IMG/VR virus record: IMGVR_UViG_3300028833_000002
DNA: 64,000 nucleotides
Source: a virus
Taxonomy: Duplodnaviria; Heunggongvirae; Uroviricota; Caudoviricetes
Reading direction: 5' to 3' (one strand)
Below the pieces are notes generated by a model that worked only from the letters and a program-made list of their open reading frames with translations, had not been told where the DNA came from and searched no databases. Shown one piece after another: positions 12,201-26,200 of the stretch. A program made the translations under genes and the position numbers. Numbering within the stretch: position 1 is the first letter of the stretch; each line of letters opens with the position of its first letter.

Positions 12201-15200
12201 AAGCTGCAGATAGTGCATGGGTGGCTTTTACCACTTCATCCGCAGCAATGACTGGTGGTATTTCCTTCATTTTACTACTTATTGGAGCAATAGGTGTAGA
12301 ATTAGCAAAATAGGCGAAATTTGCTAAAGAAAATAGCCCAGAAAATCAATTAAAAAGAATTAATGAATTATTAGAAAAGCAATCAGAATTAATTGCAGAA
12401 GCCAATTCAAAAGCTAAAGAAGCTAGAAAAACCTATGATAACGCAGAAGAGCTTAAAAAGAGATATGAAGAATTACGGAATAGAATTGTATTAACAGAAG
12501 ATGAACAAGAAGAATATAATAAAATTGTTGAATAGATAGTAAATGAATTCCCGGAATTAATTGATAGTTATAGCACCATAACAAACGAACTCACTGTTCA
12601 GTCTGATAAATGGGATGAAATCCTCGAAAAGCAAAAAGAAAGTAAAGCTATTGCAGAGGGCACTGCTATTGCAACTGGTTTGCAGAAATATAGCTTGGAA
12701 TAGGGTAAAATAAACACAGAAAGAGAAAGAGTCGATAATGTAGGATATTATGCTGTAATGGGATAGACATTTTAGCGTTGGCATGAACTTTTGGGAATTT
12801 CGGCTCAGACTACTTTTGACCAAGTTTTTGAAAGAGATGACATTCCACAAACAGTAAGAAATTACGTGAAAAAGTGGGCAAAAGAATAGAATATTAATAC
12901 AAAAGAACAAATAGGTTCTGCCAAGATTAGTAAAGAAGTTGGAAAGCAAGTTAAAGACTTATATATGGCTTATTTTGACCAAGCTTCACGAGAACTGGCA
13001 CAAGAAGAAGCTAAAGTTAGAGCTCAAAATATTGGGCAGGCATTGGGTGTAAGTCAACTTACTGCCGCTGTGCTTAATGGATAGATTACAGAAAAAGCGG
13101 GGTCTGTTGATTATCGTGGTCTAAATAAAAATGCACTTGCTTTCTTAAAAGAAAATAATGAAGACCTTTATAATAAAATTTATGACTCAAAAAAGAATGA
13201 CTTCAAAAAAGGTCTTTTTGGTAGAGCAATTACTCTAACTGATGACGAGAAGTTCCAAATACTCGAAGCAGAAAAAAATCAAAGCATAGGTTAGATGGTG
13301 GCAGAAAACTGGGAAAAAGAATCTGAAACTATAAAACAAAAGTTAGAAGACCTTGGCGCAAATTGGAAAAACTACGACGAAAAAGAATTAAATAATATTA
13401 TTAAAACTTTTGACCAAGATACACAAAAATCAATTAACAAACATATCAAGGAACAATCTAAAGAAGTAACTGATAAACTTAACAGCTTAGGAATTAAATA
13501 CCAAAAAACAGATTCTTTTGCTGATACTGAAAATGTATTAAAATCTTATTAGAATCTTTTACCAAAATTTGATTATAATGAAGGACGCACAAGAAGTTAT
13601 CTTAACTTGATTAAAGGCTCTGGTAATGTTCTTGCTGCTTATCAAAACCTTGATTGGGGATAGATAACTGCCGATAATTATTAGAAGACAAAAGAAGCTT
13701 TTATAAATTCTTTTGGAACAAAAGCAGAACAGGAAGAAGCGGGTCGTGTTTGGGCAGAAAACTTTTCACTTGGCTTTGAAAATGGATTAACAGATAACCT
13801 TATTCCTACAACTGAAGGTGCAGCGTTAGCAGTTCAAGAAATAACTGAAAGTGGCATAGATACTATTGCTGAAGATTTCGGCAAGATACTCCCGGCAATA
13901 GAAGGACAACTTAAAAAAGGTAGCCTTAATAATACTCAGTTCAAGGCCGTTAAAGAATCACTACTTAACGTAGGCTTAAATCCGGAAGATTATCTAAATT
14001 ATAATTCTCGTTCTATTAAGAACATAGAGGACTTAATTTAGAAATATAAAGACCTTGGCGCGGAAAAAGTTAATTATATTTAGATTTCTATTGACGCTGC
14101 AAAGGTCGCTGGAGCAGAACAATCTGTTATAGAAGCTCTAGAGAAGAGTTTGACACAAGCTAAATCTTACTGGTAGGGTATGGCAAACTATTTTGATGAA
14201 CAATATCAGAACGCCATCCCAGAAGAAACCGATGCTGAAAAAGCAACTAAAAAATATGAAAAGGCTCTTAAAGATTTAGCTAAAGCACAAGAAGATGTGG
14301 CCGACAAATAGAAAGACCTTAATGATAAAATTAAGGCTTACAACGACTTATTAAATGGCTCAGAAAACCGCAAGTCAAGTCTTGATAATCTTTATAACTA
14401 TAATGAAGCATTAAGTTCATTCAATGATGAACTTTCTCGCGCGAAAGATATAGTAGAAGATGCCAACACTATCGACTCTGCTATTGATGCAATGAGTAGA
14501 TATGGTGCGGCAACAAAACAACTTATCGCAGAAGAAAAAGCAAAACAAGAAGCAATTAAAGCTGGTCTAAACAATTATGGCAACATGATTGAAAATGGCA
14601 CATATGCTTATACTAACTCTCAAACTGGTGAAACAACTAATATTAACTTTGGTAACTATGCTCGTAAAGACGCAAGAACCGGTAAATATATGCTTGACCA
14701 GAGACTTCTTAATGAAGCACGTTTTGGTGATAAGTTTAAAGACCTTATTGAACAGCAAGTTTCTGAATATAATAAATATGCTGATGAATTGCTTAAGTCT
14801 GAGGATAACGTAAGAAAGGCAGAAAAGGACATTCAGAAAGAACGCGAAGATGCTTTAAAGAAATATGTTGCACTTGAAACACAACTTGCAGAAGCTTTGA
14901 AGAAACAATATGAAGATGAGGTTAATGACCAAAAATCTAAATATGATGACTTAAAGAAACAAGATGACGATTATCTTGATGCTCTTAAGGATGCTATTGA
15001 TAAGCAGAAGAAATTAAGAGAACAAGAAAATAAGTGGGAAGAACTTGCACAGCAAGAGAAGAAACTTTCACTTATGCGCCGTGATACATCAGGAGCAAAC
15101 GCAAAGGAAGTAGCAAGTCTTGAAAAAGAAGTTGCTCAATCTAGAGAAGAAATGCTCAACGATGCTATTGACAATGTGGTTGATAATCTTGAAAAGCTTT

Positions 15201-16408
15201 ATGAATCACAAGAAGAACTTCGCAACGAAGAGATGGAACTCAAAGAAGCTATCATTGATAATACTGCATATTGGAACGCAAAAGCAGAGTCTATGATACA
15301 GAGTTTTGATAACGCAGAAGAATATGCTCAGTATATCAGTTCTATTTCTAAAGAATATGCTGATATGACATTAGCTATGCAATAGGAAAAATTAGCAGAA
15401 TATGCTAACACCTATGAAGAAGCTACTGAGTATATGGCATTATAGGCAATGGATGCAGTTACCGAAACCGGGGATTATATTGTTGAAATGACAACAGTAA
15501 CCGGACAGGAAGTTACAAATATTGTTAATTAGACTGGAGAAGCTTTCACCCAAGAAGTTATTAGACAGTTTAATGAAACAACAGAAGCCTTTACCAATGA
15601 TATGAAAAAAGCTGCTGAAGCTATTGATGCCGCAAACAAGGCATTACAAGATGCCTATGAAAAATTAGCTGAGTGCGCTAAAGAAGCTGATAGCCTCGCA
15701 AGTAAACTTGGCGGCGAAGGCGGAGGTTCTAGCAATCCTCCGCCTGAAACTCCGGGCTTTGGTGGAGATTTAACGGCAGATGGCGTATATGAAAAAAATG
15801 CTGACCTTGGAAATCTTGTGAATACATTAATTGGCGCATCTGGCCACAGCAGCCAAGAAAATGTAGATAATTTAATTCGGGACATTTTCGCGGCAACGGG
15901 CGACCCTTCTAGCAAAATGTTTACCACTGATATGATGAAAAAGATATATGAAACAGCATCTCAGGAATATTGGCGATTTACTAAATATATAGGGTTGGAT
16001 AGTAAGGACGCGCACAATTTCGGACTTGCCGCTGTTAAGGCATCTTCAAGATTTAATTTGCTTTTCGAACGTAAAACCAATAAATTCGCAGAAGGCGGCC
16101 TTGTAAACTACACAGGCCCAGCTTGGGTAGACGGTTCTTACTCAAAACCAGAAGCTTTCCTTTCAGCAGAAGACACAGCAAGAATCGGTGAAGCCGCAAA
16201 AATCCTTGCTGACCTTCCTTGGCTTGGTAGCAATCCTACACAAACTATCACTAACAATCGCGGCGGAGACGTAGCGGTAGAGATTAACCTTAACATTGAC
16301 AAATTATCCTCAGATGTTGATGTTGATAACATGATAGAACGGGTTAAAAAAGAAATTGTAGATGTATCTAGACCAATTGGTTCACCTACTATTTTACAAT
16401 AGAATTAA
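9245..16408 (+). CDS. Tail tape measure protein (2387 aa with TAG=Gln; roughly 30 in-frame TAG)
   Basis: ATG 9245 after AAGGAG. Track ORFs 9542, 10628, 12128, 13295, 14492 and 15602 all share this frame. TP901-type core (ITDVYSELAAHAAASVDEIAKAMERTASIANSAGMSFENTS), Ala/Gln-rich coiled coils, hydrophobic segments near 11470 and 12260, and C-terminal FAEGGLVNYTGPAWVDG. TAA at 16406-16408 is followed by a terminator. Confidence 0.92.
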
Positions 16409-16414
16409 TTTTAT

Positions 16415-16450
16415 AGAGTCTGACCCCTATGGTCAGGCTCTTTTCTTTTA
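16415..16450 (+). terminator. Rho-independent terminator after the tape measure gene
   Basis: 11-bp stem AGAGTCTGACC/GGTCAGGCTCT (one G-U), 5-nt loop, followed by TTTCTTTT. Confidence 0.85.
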
Positions 16451-16521
16451 TTGGATAAAAACACAGTAATGACTACATAATATTAGACAGGAATCAAAAT
16501 CCTTTAAGTGAGGTGAAATAC

Positions 16522-19500
16522 ATGAAAACAAAGGACTTTCGCGGTTTTCGTTTTGGTAATATCCACACTTCTGATTTAAACTTAGAAGTGGTAAGTTCTT
16601 CAGGTAAATACGAAAATAGAACACTCCCATCCACGAACGATTCTGTAGTAGACGTTCCGGGCGGCGACGGACAATACTATTTTGGTTCAGTTTATAAGAA
16701 TAGAGAATTTACTTGTAATGTGGCTTTTGATAGCGTTTCTGAGAAAATTTACAGAAAGATACGTTAGATTTTTTCTACCGATAAACTCCAAGACTTAGTA
16801 TTTGATGAAGAACCTTATAAGACGTGGAAGGCAAAACTAAAGGGGAAGCCGGAATTTAAATCAATATGTTTTATAAATCATGATACTGGAGAAAGAGTTT
16901 ACAAAGGTGATGGTAAACTTACCTTTATTTGTTATTTTCCTTATGCGTTGGGAAAAGATAAATACATAGTAAGGGCTGCTGACTATTACATTACACATAC
17001 TCCTGAATGTATAATTAATTAGAGTTTAAAGGACGATACTTTCGTTAAAAATGATACCTTTAACTATTCGCCTATTGATACTGAGAAAAAAGAATATCAA
17101 AAATATCATTACAACGTTGCTCCAAGCACTTTAGAGGGTGGAGAACCAAATTACGAAAACCCTAATTATCGTGATATATTACATTGTAATGACATTCATA
17201 AGAATGGCGACCCTATTGATTACAATCCAAATGATAGAACTCCATGGAAAACTGGTTTCCCTACGATTGAACAGGTTCAGTTTGGTGAGTTATTCTTTGA
17301 TACTCCACAAGGCGAAAAGACCATAGTAGACGTGCGTAATTATTGGAATAATGTTCCATAGTGGCAAAGCGCCGCAAAATTATTAACAACTCCTACTCTT
17401 GATTTTGATTAGGAACTTATGTATATGCCGCAATACTCTAAAACAGATTATATCAATATGGAACTTGGTTTTGTAAATAATAGACCAATGATTGGTTCAC
17501 GTATTCTTGTATATAATCCGGGCGATTTGCCTGTAGATTGGGAACTTCGTTTTGATGAAAATAAGCGGAGTTTTTGGTCATGTCGTGGCGGCACAAAATT
17601 TAGAATAAGACGTTTTAATGTTGAACGTTTATCTATTGGTAATGCGGTTGATTGGTGTGGTTTAACTACATACAAAGAAGAAGATAATGAACCTTATAAA
17701 TATGGTAATCGTTATTTCAAACGTAGACATTTACCTAAATCTGGAATTAGTAGCCGAATTTATGACGCTGATTCTTCGACTATAAAGGATAAAATTTATT
17801 GTTCTATAGAGGACGGTGGGAAATCTAATTATTATGATAAATATGACATTAGTAAATTAATTGAAAAAGGTATTATCCCTGCTGATAAATGTTTTGATGT
17901 TAACAAATATGACTATTCATCAGAACACATCCATTCAGACAGTGATTATCCATCATCAGCAGAAGAAAGCTCGGAAATGGCTTTTAATCTCCATCTTGAA
18001 GATTTTTGGGATGATTATATAGGTATAGACACCCTTAATGATTTAGGTGATTTCCATCCTAGCCATTGTTATTATGTTGAACCTATTCCGCGCGAAAAAC
18101 TAGGACATTTTATTAAACTCTTCTATTGGCAAACAATCCAGTGGAGAGGAGATAAGCTTCCTAATGGTGAATGGGTTGGCACAATGCGTTGGCTTGACAT
18201 GATGCCAGAGGGTATGTTTACCTTAGGCGAACCAAACAATGAAGGTAAATATGATAAGATAATCGTTAATGAAATTAATAATCCATTACTTAATTTCTTA
18301 ACTATGTTCTTAGACTTCAGCTTCAATAAAGACACAAATACATTAACAATTACAGCCGATAAAACAAGATACAGAGAAACATATGCTGCACTTGACTTTG
18401 AAGAAGGTATAGCTTTCGCGGCGAGATATGATGAACTCTATGAAGCTTGTATAGATGAAGAAGAGCAGTATGAATTATACTGGGACACATTAAAACAACT
18501 TCTCGGAAAATTCAAGCCTATCTTTACTGAAATGGACCAAGAAGAAATGGTTGGCCAGTTTATTGACTCATATATCAATCATCCTTCAGAGTTTGTCGGC
18601 ACAGATTTCCGCGACTATAATTATGAAGATGAAATTCTCAATGGTTATCGTATGCCGGGCTGGATAGCAAGTGATTATCTTGAAATTGACCAATCTCAAC
18701 TTTCGGGTGTTGCTTTAATTAAAGAATATCTTAATGCTATTGGTGAAGACGCTGATAATGTATTCGTTGGTAAAAAAGTCCAATACACTAAAGAAAACAG
18801 AGATAAACTTCTAAAGAATGGCCTATCAAATCTTGTTAATAAACTTGATTCAACAATAGGTATTAATGGTTATTTAAACGACCTATTAGATGATTATTAC
18901 TACGTAAATTCCAATGAACATATGCTTTACACGACAGCTAACCCATATGGTATGGAATTTGTTTACAAACCAAATAAAGTAATCATGAATGAAGCCATTA
19001 CAAAAGGCAAGTGGTTCAAACTTCCACCGGGTTGGTCATTAATCAGTGTTGAGCCAGTAGTTGATGAATCTTTATGGGGCGGCAAACGTTGGGAAGATGC
19101 AAGACCATTTGACTGGGGTTATGGCGGAGATAAAAATGGCAATAAGAGAGAAGTTCAGCAGTTATTTGACTATATCTATGAAAAGGCTAAAATTGAGTTC
19201 TTTAAAGTTATACCAGAACAGTATATTTTAGATAGTGGCATTGTTCCATCTGACCGTATTGTTGATGACTGTCCAGATGAACTATTCAAATTCAACACGT
19301 GGTATGCTGACGAATTTGCCTATTTTGAGGAAGAAGATAATTTCTTTGCTTTATCATTCTATCACAAGCTTAGAAATGATGCGGAATATGAATTCTTAAA
19401 AATCCTTAATGGTTTATGGAATTCTTATGCGCCATTCTTTAGTTGGACTTCATAGAAAGGTATCTGGTTTGACCCTGATACCCATGAACCACCATCACTT

Positions 19501-19668
19501 GATGACTATGATGCAACGGGACTTCCCCTTAGATGCATTAATGGAGATATTAGCGACTGGTGGTGGTACGCTTGCAACTATTTGTGGGCAAACTTCCCTC
19601 CGCCTTATTGGGCTATGGCAGATATGTTAAATAAAATACAGATTAAATACACACCTTTATTCTACTAA
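16522..19668 (+). CDS. Distal tail protein (Dit), enlarged by insertions (1048 aa with TAG=Gln)
   Basis: ATG 16522 after GAGGTG. Dit-like N-terminus (FRGFRFGNIHTSDLNL...VDVPGGDGQYYFGS...VAFD...LVFDEEPYK). In frame with track ORF 17419-19455 across TAGs. Ends IQIKYTPLFY* at TAA 19666-19668. Directly follows the tape measure gene. Confidence 0.85.
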
Positions 19669-19682
19669 TGTGAGGTGATTAA

Positions 19683-22600
19683 ATGGCAATTTAGAAAAGA
19701 CCATATGAACTTTCCGTATGGGTTGAAAAGTTAAATGGTAGTGGTTCTAAAGCCGAAGAGAAAGGAATAATCATTGGTGCACATGACATGGACTATCCGG
19801 GCAAAGCAACCGGTATAGCAATCACAAGAGAGCTGAAGGGAAGCAAATCCCTCAGCTTTCAAATGGTTGATAAATATTTCGACCCTTTTGTGGGAGATTA
19901 CGTACACAATGACTTTATAGATATGCTTTCTTCAGAGGTTAAAGTAAAACTTAATTATAAAGGTAAATGGCATGAATTTACTATTAAAGGTGTAGATGAA
20001 AAGAAGGTATTACATGGTGTTATCAAGACCTTTACTTGTCAAGACGCTTGTATAGATGAACTTGCAAGAAACGGTTATGGCATTACTTATGACACCGAAC
20101 TATATAATAACGTTGAAGAAATTGGTGATTTTTCGCGCGGAACTTTAAAGGATAGTATTTGGAGATATGCGCCAGAAAATAACTGGGGCGACTTTACGGA
20201 ATTTAAGGAAGAACGTTTGTTCAAAATTCCAATAAGCTGTTTTGGCGGCGCAATCAACGCACACAGACTATCATTCAGATTAGAGGAAGAACAAATTAAA
20301 CGTATTCGCGCCGAAAAAGGTACAGATAAAATTACCAACGCCTATACAGATGAAACAAGAGTAGTAGAACTTAGCGATGACCTCGCAAACACCACATTCT
20401 GGGACGAATACACAGATGACGGTGTAATCAATCTCCTTAGCAAAGAATATGTCTCAAACATAGCTAATGACGGATATTTATATGTGCCTTACAGTTGCTT
20501 AAGCTTCTGTTATGGCCAAGATTCAGAACCAAATTTTTCCGACACCGTTAAATATGATAGGGCGGCAACGGAAACTGCAATTGAATATAATGGAAAGCTT
20601 TTACTTGCTCCTTCAAGCGTAGACCCGCGCACAATCATCCAATTCTATGCTATTCCATCAGATGCTATACTCGAACTTGACGAAGACGGGGTAATCCTCA
20701 ATAAAGAATATACCTACTACATGACCCTTGCTGAATGGAACAGGGCAATTACATGGAGCAAATTATGGTACATCTTTGAAGATACTCATTTAGTTCGCGG
20801 CGAAGTATTAGGTTCAGCAGACATTGATAGCCCATATATTAGCCATACATTCAAGTATCTTAAAAATGATACAGCAGACAAAATCCTTGACTCAGACTTT
20901 GAATCAAGAGGTAATAGATGCGTTTGGTATGAAGGCTATCTTAGTGATGTTAATGACCATACTTATGTAAAGGGTAAGAAGTTCTCTATCACAAACAGAA
21001 CAGCCGCAAATATCTCAGAAGAAATTGACTAGTATGCAACGGTTTATAACTGTAGAGCAGATGAATTCACAAATGAATACAATAGTGAAGAATGGGATTT
21101 CGCGGCAGAACCAAAGACATCAGACGATAAATTCTACCGTGTATGCTCTAAAATAGCAACAAGACAAATCGTTCCATAGCTCGCAAGAAACCTTGTATAG
21201 AATGGCACAGATATGGACTCGATAGATGGTTGGTCTGCAATGTCTTACTTACAGGAAGACCCAATGTTCATCACACCTGCAATAACTCATAAGGGTTTAA
21301 AGTATAGCGAAGATAGTGAAAACATTGATAGTTCTGTTCTTGTTTATAATCCAGCACAAGCCCAGATTGGTTATAAATGGACAGTTAATTATACTGGTAG
21401 TTTTGACCCGAATGTTCATAATTCAGATGAAGAGCTTAATATTATTACTTTTTTATATGAGGGTAATAAATATACATGGGGCGGTCCTAATGCTATTGGA
21501 TGGTGCGACCTCAAAAGACGTATTCATGATGATTTGATTGGTTTTATTTAGACTGAACAAAAACAACATGGAAAAGGTTTAGATGTTTATGCAATTGGTA
21601 TGAGTATTTATTATAAGGGCTATCCGGAAAAAATCGTCAATGGCGACTTAGCGCCAGATACTTCTCAGCCGCAAATCTATAAGTATTTGTGCGATAAGAA
21701 CGACTTTATCTATAATGCTCTTAAAAAATCTGGTCTATTCGTATTTACCGAAAGAACAGACGTTATTGCGTATGCTGAAATGGTTGACGGTAAAATTCAG
21801 TATGATACGGAAACAACCTATTATCAAAAGAATCCAACGCAGAACCAATTCAACCTTAAAAGAAATGATGCCGGCAACGGTATAACAATAGTGCATAAAG
21901 AGGGCACTATCTCTGAAGCTGACGGCCAGGAAGTTGTAAACTTCGGTATTGTTGGTCAGGAAAAGAAAATCGAAAAGGATAAGATTTATTGCTTAGGTGT
22001 TCAGGCGTGGGCAACAAAAGAATTCCAAATTAAGATTGGTAAGGGTAGTTTAATTTCAGAAGGTAAGTATAGCTTAGTTGATTCAACAATACTTACATTT
22101 GACCTCGGCCCAACAAAGCCTTTTGAGTATCCAATTCAAGAAGCTGCGCCGCAAGAATCAGATGATAGTGTGATTATTGGTAAGGAAAACTTACCACCTT
22201 TAAGATTTATTTTATTTAAGGTTGATAAGGATATTGAGAATCCATATTTTGTAATTGATTCTCCAAAGACAATTACACTTATGAAGCTTTATTTATTTGA
22301 AGCCTATACAAAAGGTATTGATTGTTTCCCTTCAAATGAAGCAACATATAGATATAGTGGTAGAGATTTATTCTGGCCGCCAAAGGGTAAGGTAGACTTA
22401 ACATCAGAAGATGGTCGCTACCATTACACGGAGTTCTTTACAGAAGAAGACATGAAGAAATTAATAATCTTTGAAGACCAGATTATGCTTGGTTCAACTT
22501 ATGAATATCAGCAATATTTCATTCAGAGATTAAAGGTATTCGACGAAGATAAATAGGCTTATATAATGTGCGACACGATGGGCGCAGAAAAGTTCCTTTC

Positions 22601-25600
22601 TTCTGATACTGATGAAATAAAGGAAAACGCATTACCTCTTGATGCCGCGAAATATACAGACGAAGATTATGTAATTGAAACAAATTACATTGACCTTAAT
22701 AAATGTCCTTACTACATTAAAGACGCTGAAATTGACCAGTGCGATTGCGGCAAGGGAACAACTTGTTTCTATCAGAAATTTGGTTATTGTCCTCATAGAT
22801 TTAAAACTGAAAAACACGATAGACGTGTAAGAACATTAAGTGTTGAAAAGTCAAATCGCTTTAACATCATTCAGGAAATCAGTAAGGTCTTTAAGGTTTA
22901 CCCACAATTCTATGCTGAACATAATCCAAATGGTTCACTTAAGAAAGATGCTAATGGCAACTATATCAAAAAGGTATTTTACATCACTGAAAAAGGCAAT
23001 GTAAATCAGATTGGTTTCCGCTATGGCAAAAACCTTAAAGAAATTACAAGAAATATCGCTAGTGACCAAATTGTTTCAAAGTTATATGTAATGGACGTAG
23101 ATAGTGAAATCTCAAAAACTGGTTTATGTTCTATTAAAACAGCAGAAGATAATCCATCAAGAGACAGTTTCATTATTGACCTTTCATACTACATCCAAAA
23201 GGGTATGCTTGATAAGTATGAGGTTGAACAAGACCTTTACGGTATTAAGCCATCTGATGATGAAATCCCGGCTGGATATTTATATCAGCTTGGTTATTAC
23301 AATAAACAGTATGATGATTTATCTAATAAAATCATTAATCTTCAGGACGCTTCATATACAGAGCTTGAAGCTAATTTAACCGTAAACTATCAAGCTATTA
23401 TCACATCACAAGAACAAATCCTTAAGATTAAAAAACAGCTTGACAGATATAGAACACAATACGGCGCAAGTGGTATTAACTATGAAGAACAGCAAGCATA
23501 TAAGTCATACCTTACAAGATTGGCAGAACAGTAGAGTATCTTAGCTAAGTTAATATACTCAACATTCTATACAGATGGTAAGTGTGACACAAATCCAAAT
23601 ATATGGTCAGAAGATTGTTTCGATGGTGTACCTGCGGCGGAAGACAGCGCAATTGATTTCTTTAGTCATATCACAGATTTTGATGGAAGCAAAGATTATT
23701 GGGTTGACAAACACTCATATACTTGTGGTATTCTTGGTCAATACAATTAGGAATATCTCCAAATCCAACAATGGAAAAGAGAGAGGGCAAGTTATCTTAA
23801 ACTTATCAACCAAATCTCGGCGGCCTTCTATAAGAAATATGAACCGTATCTCAAAGAGGGCACATGGTCAGATGACAACTACTTAACTGACAATGCATAT
23901 TACTTCGGTGCACTTGATGTTGCAGCAGAAGGTGCAATACCAAAGGTACAGTATGGTATCAGTGTTATCGACCTTGCTCCATTAGGCGAAGAATATGATA
24001 TGTATAATTTTGAAGTTGCGGATATTACCTATGTGGAAGATGAAGAAATTTTAGGCACTAATAAGCATACAGGTTTACCAAATAGATTAAAGGTTCTTAT
24101 TTCATCAACAACTGAGAATATAGATGACCCGGCAAAGAATACAATTACAGTTCAGAACTACACAACATCTTTCCAAGATTTATTCCAGCAAATTTCAGCA
24201 ACAGTTCAGAACTTAACATATAACGAAAATATTTACAAGCGTTCATCAAACTTTACGTCATTACAGAATATCAAGAATGATAGTTTACAAGGCGCACTTG
24301 ATACAAATGAGTTAATGCTTATTAATACTGATGAAGATAACATTCAGGTAGATAGCACGGGTACTCATGGTAGCGACATAAACAACCACGCTAATAAATA
24401 TAAGTTAAATGGTCAAGGCTTATTCTTCTCAAATGACGGTGGTCAACACTGGAGCGTCGGTGTAGGCCCAAGTGGTATTAATGCAGACTACATTAGAGTT
24501 GGTACGTTAGATGCCGGCAAGATAAGAATAGCTGATAGTTCATATGTTTATTTCTCATGGGATAAAAATGGTATTTCGGCTTATCGTGACCCGGCTTCAA
24601 TCAACACGGACTCACGTAATGCTAACGATGCCGCGATATTTAATAAGTTTGGTTTAAGCATTGTTAACAATGGTCATATCAAACTTAGAGCAGGTTATAA
24701 CTATACTGGTTAGATTGGTTCTGATAAGACAATAGCTACAGAAACTCAAATAGGTGATGAAGTAGGCTTCTACTTATACAATAGCGCCGGACAGGTAATC
24801 TTCAGAACAGCCACATCAACGAAGACTGGTGCTGAGGCTTCTCGTGAAACTGCGGCGATTAATCTTGTTGGTGAAATGTTTATTACTAATGACAGTAGTA
24901 TAAATGTTATTACTGGTTACAAATACAGCAATGAAGTTACCTTTAGTAATCAGCAGTATTTCGGTTATGATAGCACAAAACTTGTTACTGGTTTAATTGA
25001 AAGTGATATAACTGCAAGCGGTAATACCTACACAGTAATTAGAAGCGGTTTGTATAGTGATAATGATTACTTAGCTTATATTTTAAATAATAGCAATCAG
25101 TTAGTGAGTGTTACTATTAAGAACTCAGATGATAGTGGTTTAATCGTTTATACATATGCTTCAAAAACAAGTGATGGGGAAGCTTATGTTAAAACCCAGA
25201 CGAATGGTTATTCTAAGGTTACTAAACAAATTGCAACATTCAACTATGAAGAGGGCGGCAGCTCACTTCTTAAGACTATAAGATATTACTCGTTCGAATA
25301 TTAGCAAGGCTTAATATCAAAACCAATTTACAAGGAAGATAATCTTGGCGTTGCACAAGGTACTTTCGTAGTGGCAACAACAGTATCCACAGAACCTAAA
25401 ACCTACAACTCCGAAGCAACATAGACGACAAGGGAACCGGTTGTAGCTGATGTAAACTCTAAGGCAGACAACAATGGTATCATGTATGGAGAAGGTACAA
25501 ATTTAACCGTTTATAACCAGAGTGGCACTTACTTTAAAACTTATTTAGGTAATGATGAAGCTCCATCAAGTGATGGCTCAGTAGGTTTATACTTAAATAA

Positions 25601-26186
25601 TAAGATAGACCTTAGCGGTAATTCACAAGATGAAGGTACTAAATCAAGTAGATTATTTACTTGCTGTTCAAGCAATGGCGGCGGACAACTTAACAATATC
25701 TTGTCTATTCTTAAAAATGGTTCACTTTATATTGGTGGCACAATAAAAGATTAGTATGATACATCAGGATTAGCTGATAAAATTGAAATTGAAAAAGCCG
25801 GTATTTATATAGATAACACTGGAAACCTTGTTATGAACTTTTCAAGTATAAAAGGACCAAAAGAAAATGGCGAAGGTTTAATAGACCTTCCGGAATATAT
25901 AGCACAATAGATTTCTAAATCAAATAGTGCTCTTACTACTGTTATGAAAGGTATCGCAGACAATGCTACATCTGGATTAGCTAATGCAGACCACGGACAC
26001 AACTTACAAAATAATATGCTAAGACTTGACAATATGATGTGGATAGGCGGAGGTTCAAAAACAGGTAATAATCAATTTATCAATATAGAAGGTTCAGGCG
26101 CTGTTAATGGCGGATATATAAGTGTAGAAGGTTTTGTAAGGTGGTTAATAGGTAGAATAAGAGTTGCAGACACATATGTGCGCTAA
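19683..26186 (+). CDS. Tal / tail spike-baseplate hub protein (2167 aa with TAG=Gln)
   Basis: ATG 19683 after GAGGTG; begins MAI(TAG)KRPYELSVW. Track ORFs 19788, 21213, 21600, 22566, 24000, 24876, 25482 and 25944 are all in this frame. Tal-like segments SKSLSFQM, FRYGKNLKEITRNIASDQIVSKLYV and GINADYIRVGTLDAG. Follows Dit. Confidence 0.85.
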
Positions 26187-26200
26187 GGAGGCAAAGGATT

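Noticed and set aside
9707-16332. Antisense ORFs in the tape-measure region (e.g. 11212-11784, 11941-12270, 12557-12949)
   Set aside because: These are shadow ORFs of a codon-biased gene, with no RBS or recognisable motifs.
2289-26186. Fragmented + strand ORFs read as pseudogenes, frameshifts or many small genes
   Set aside because: All fragments of each gene share one frame, and only TAG (never TAA/TGA) separates them; internal 'starts' lack RBSs.
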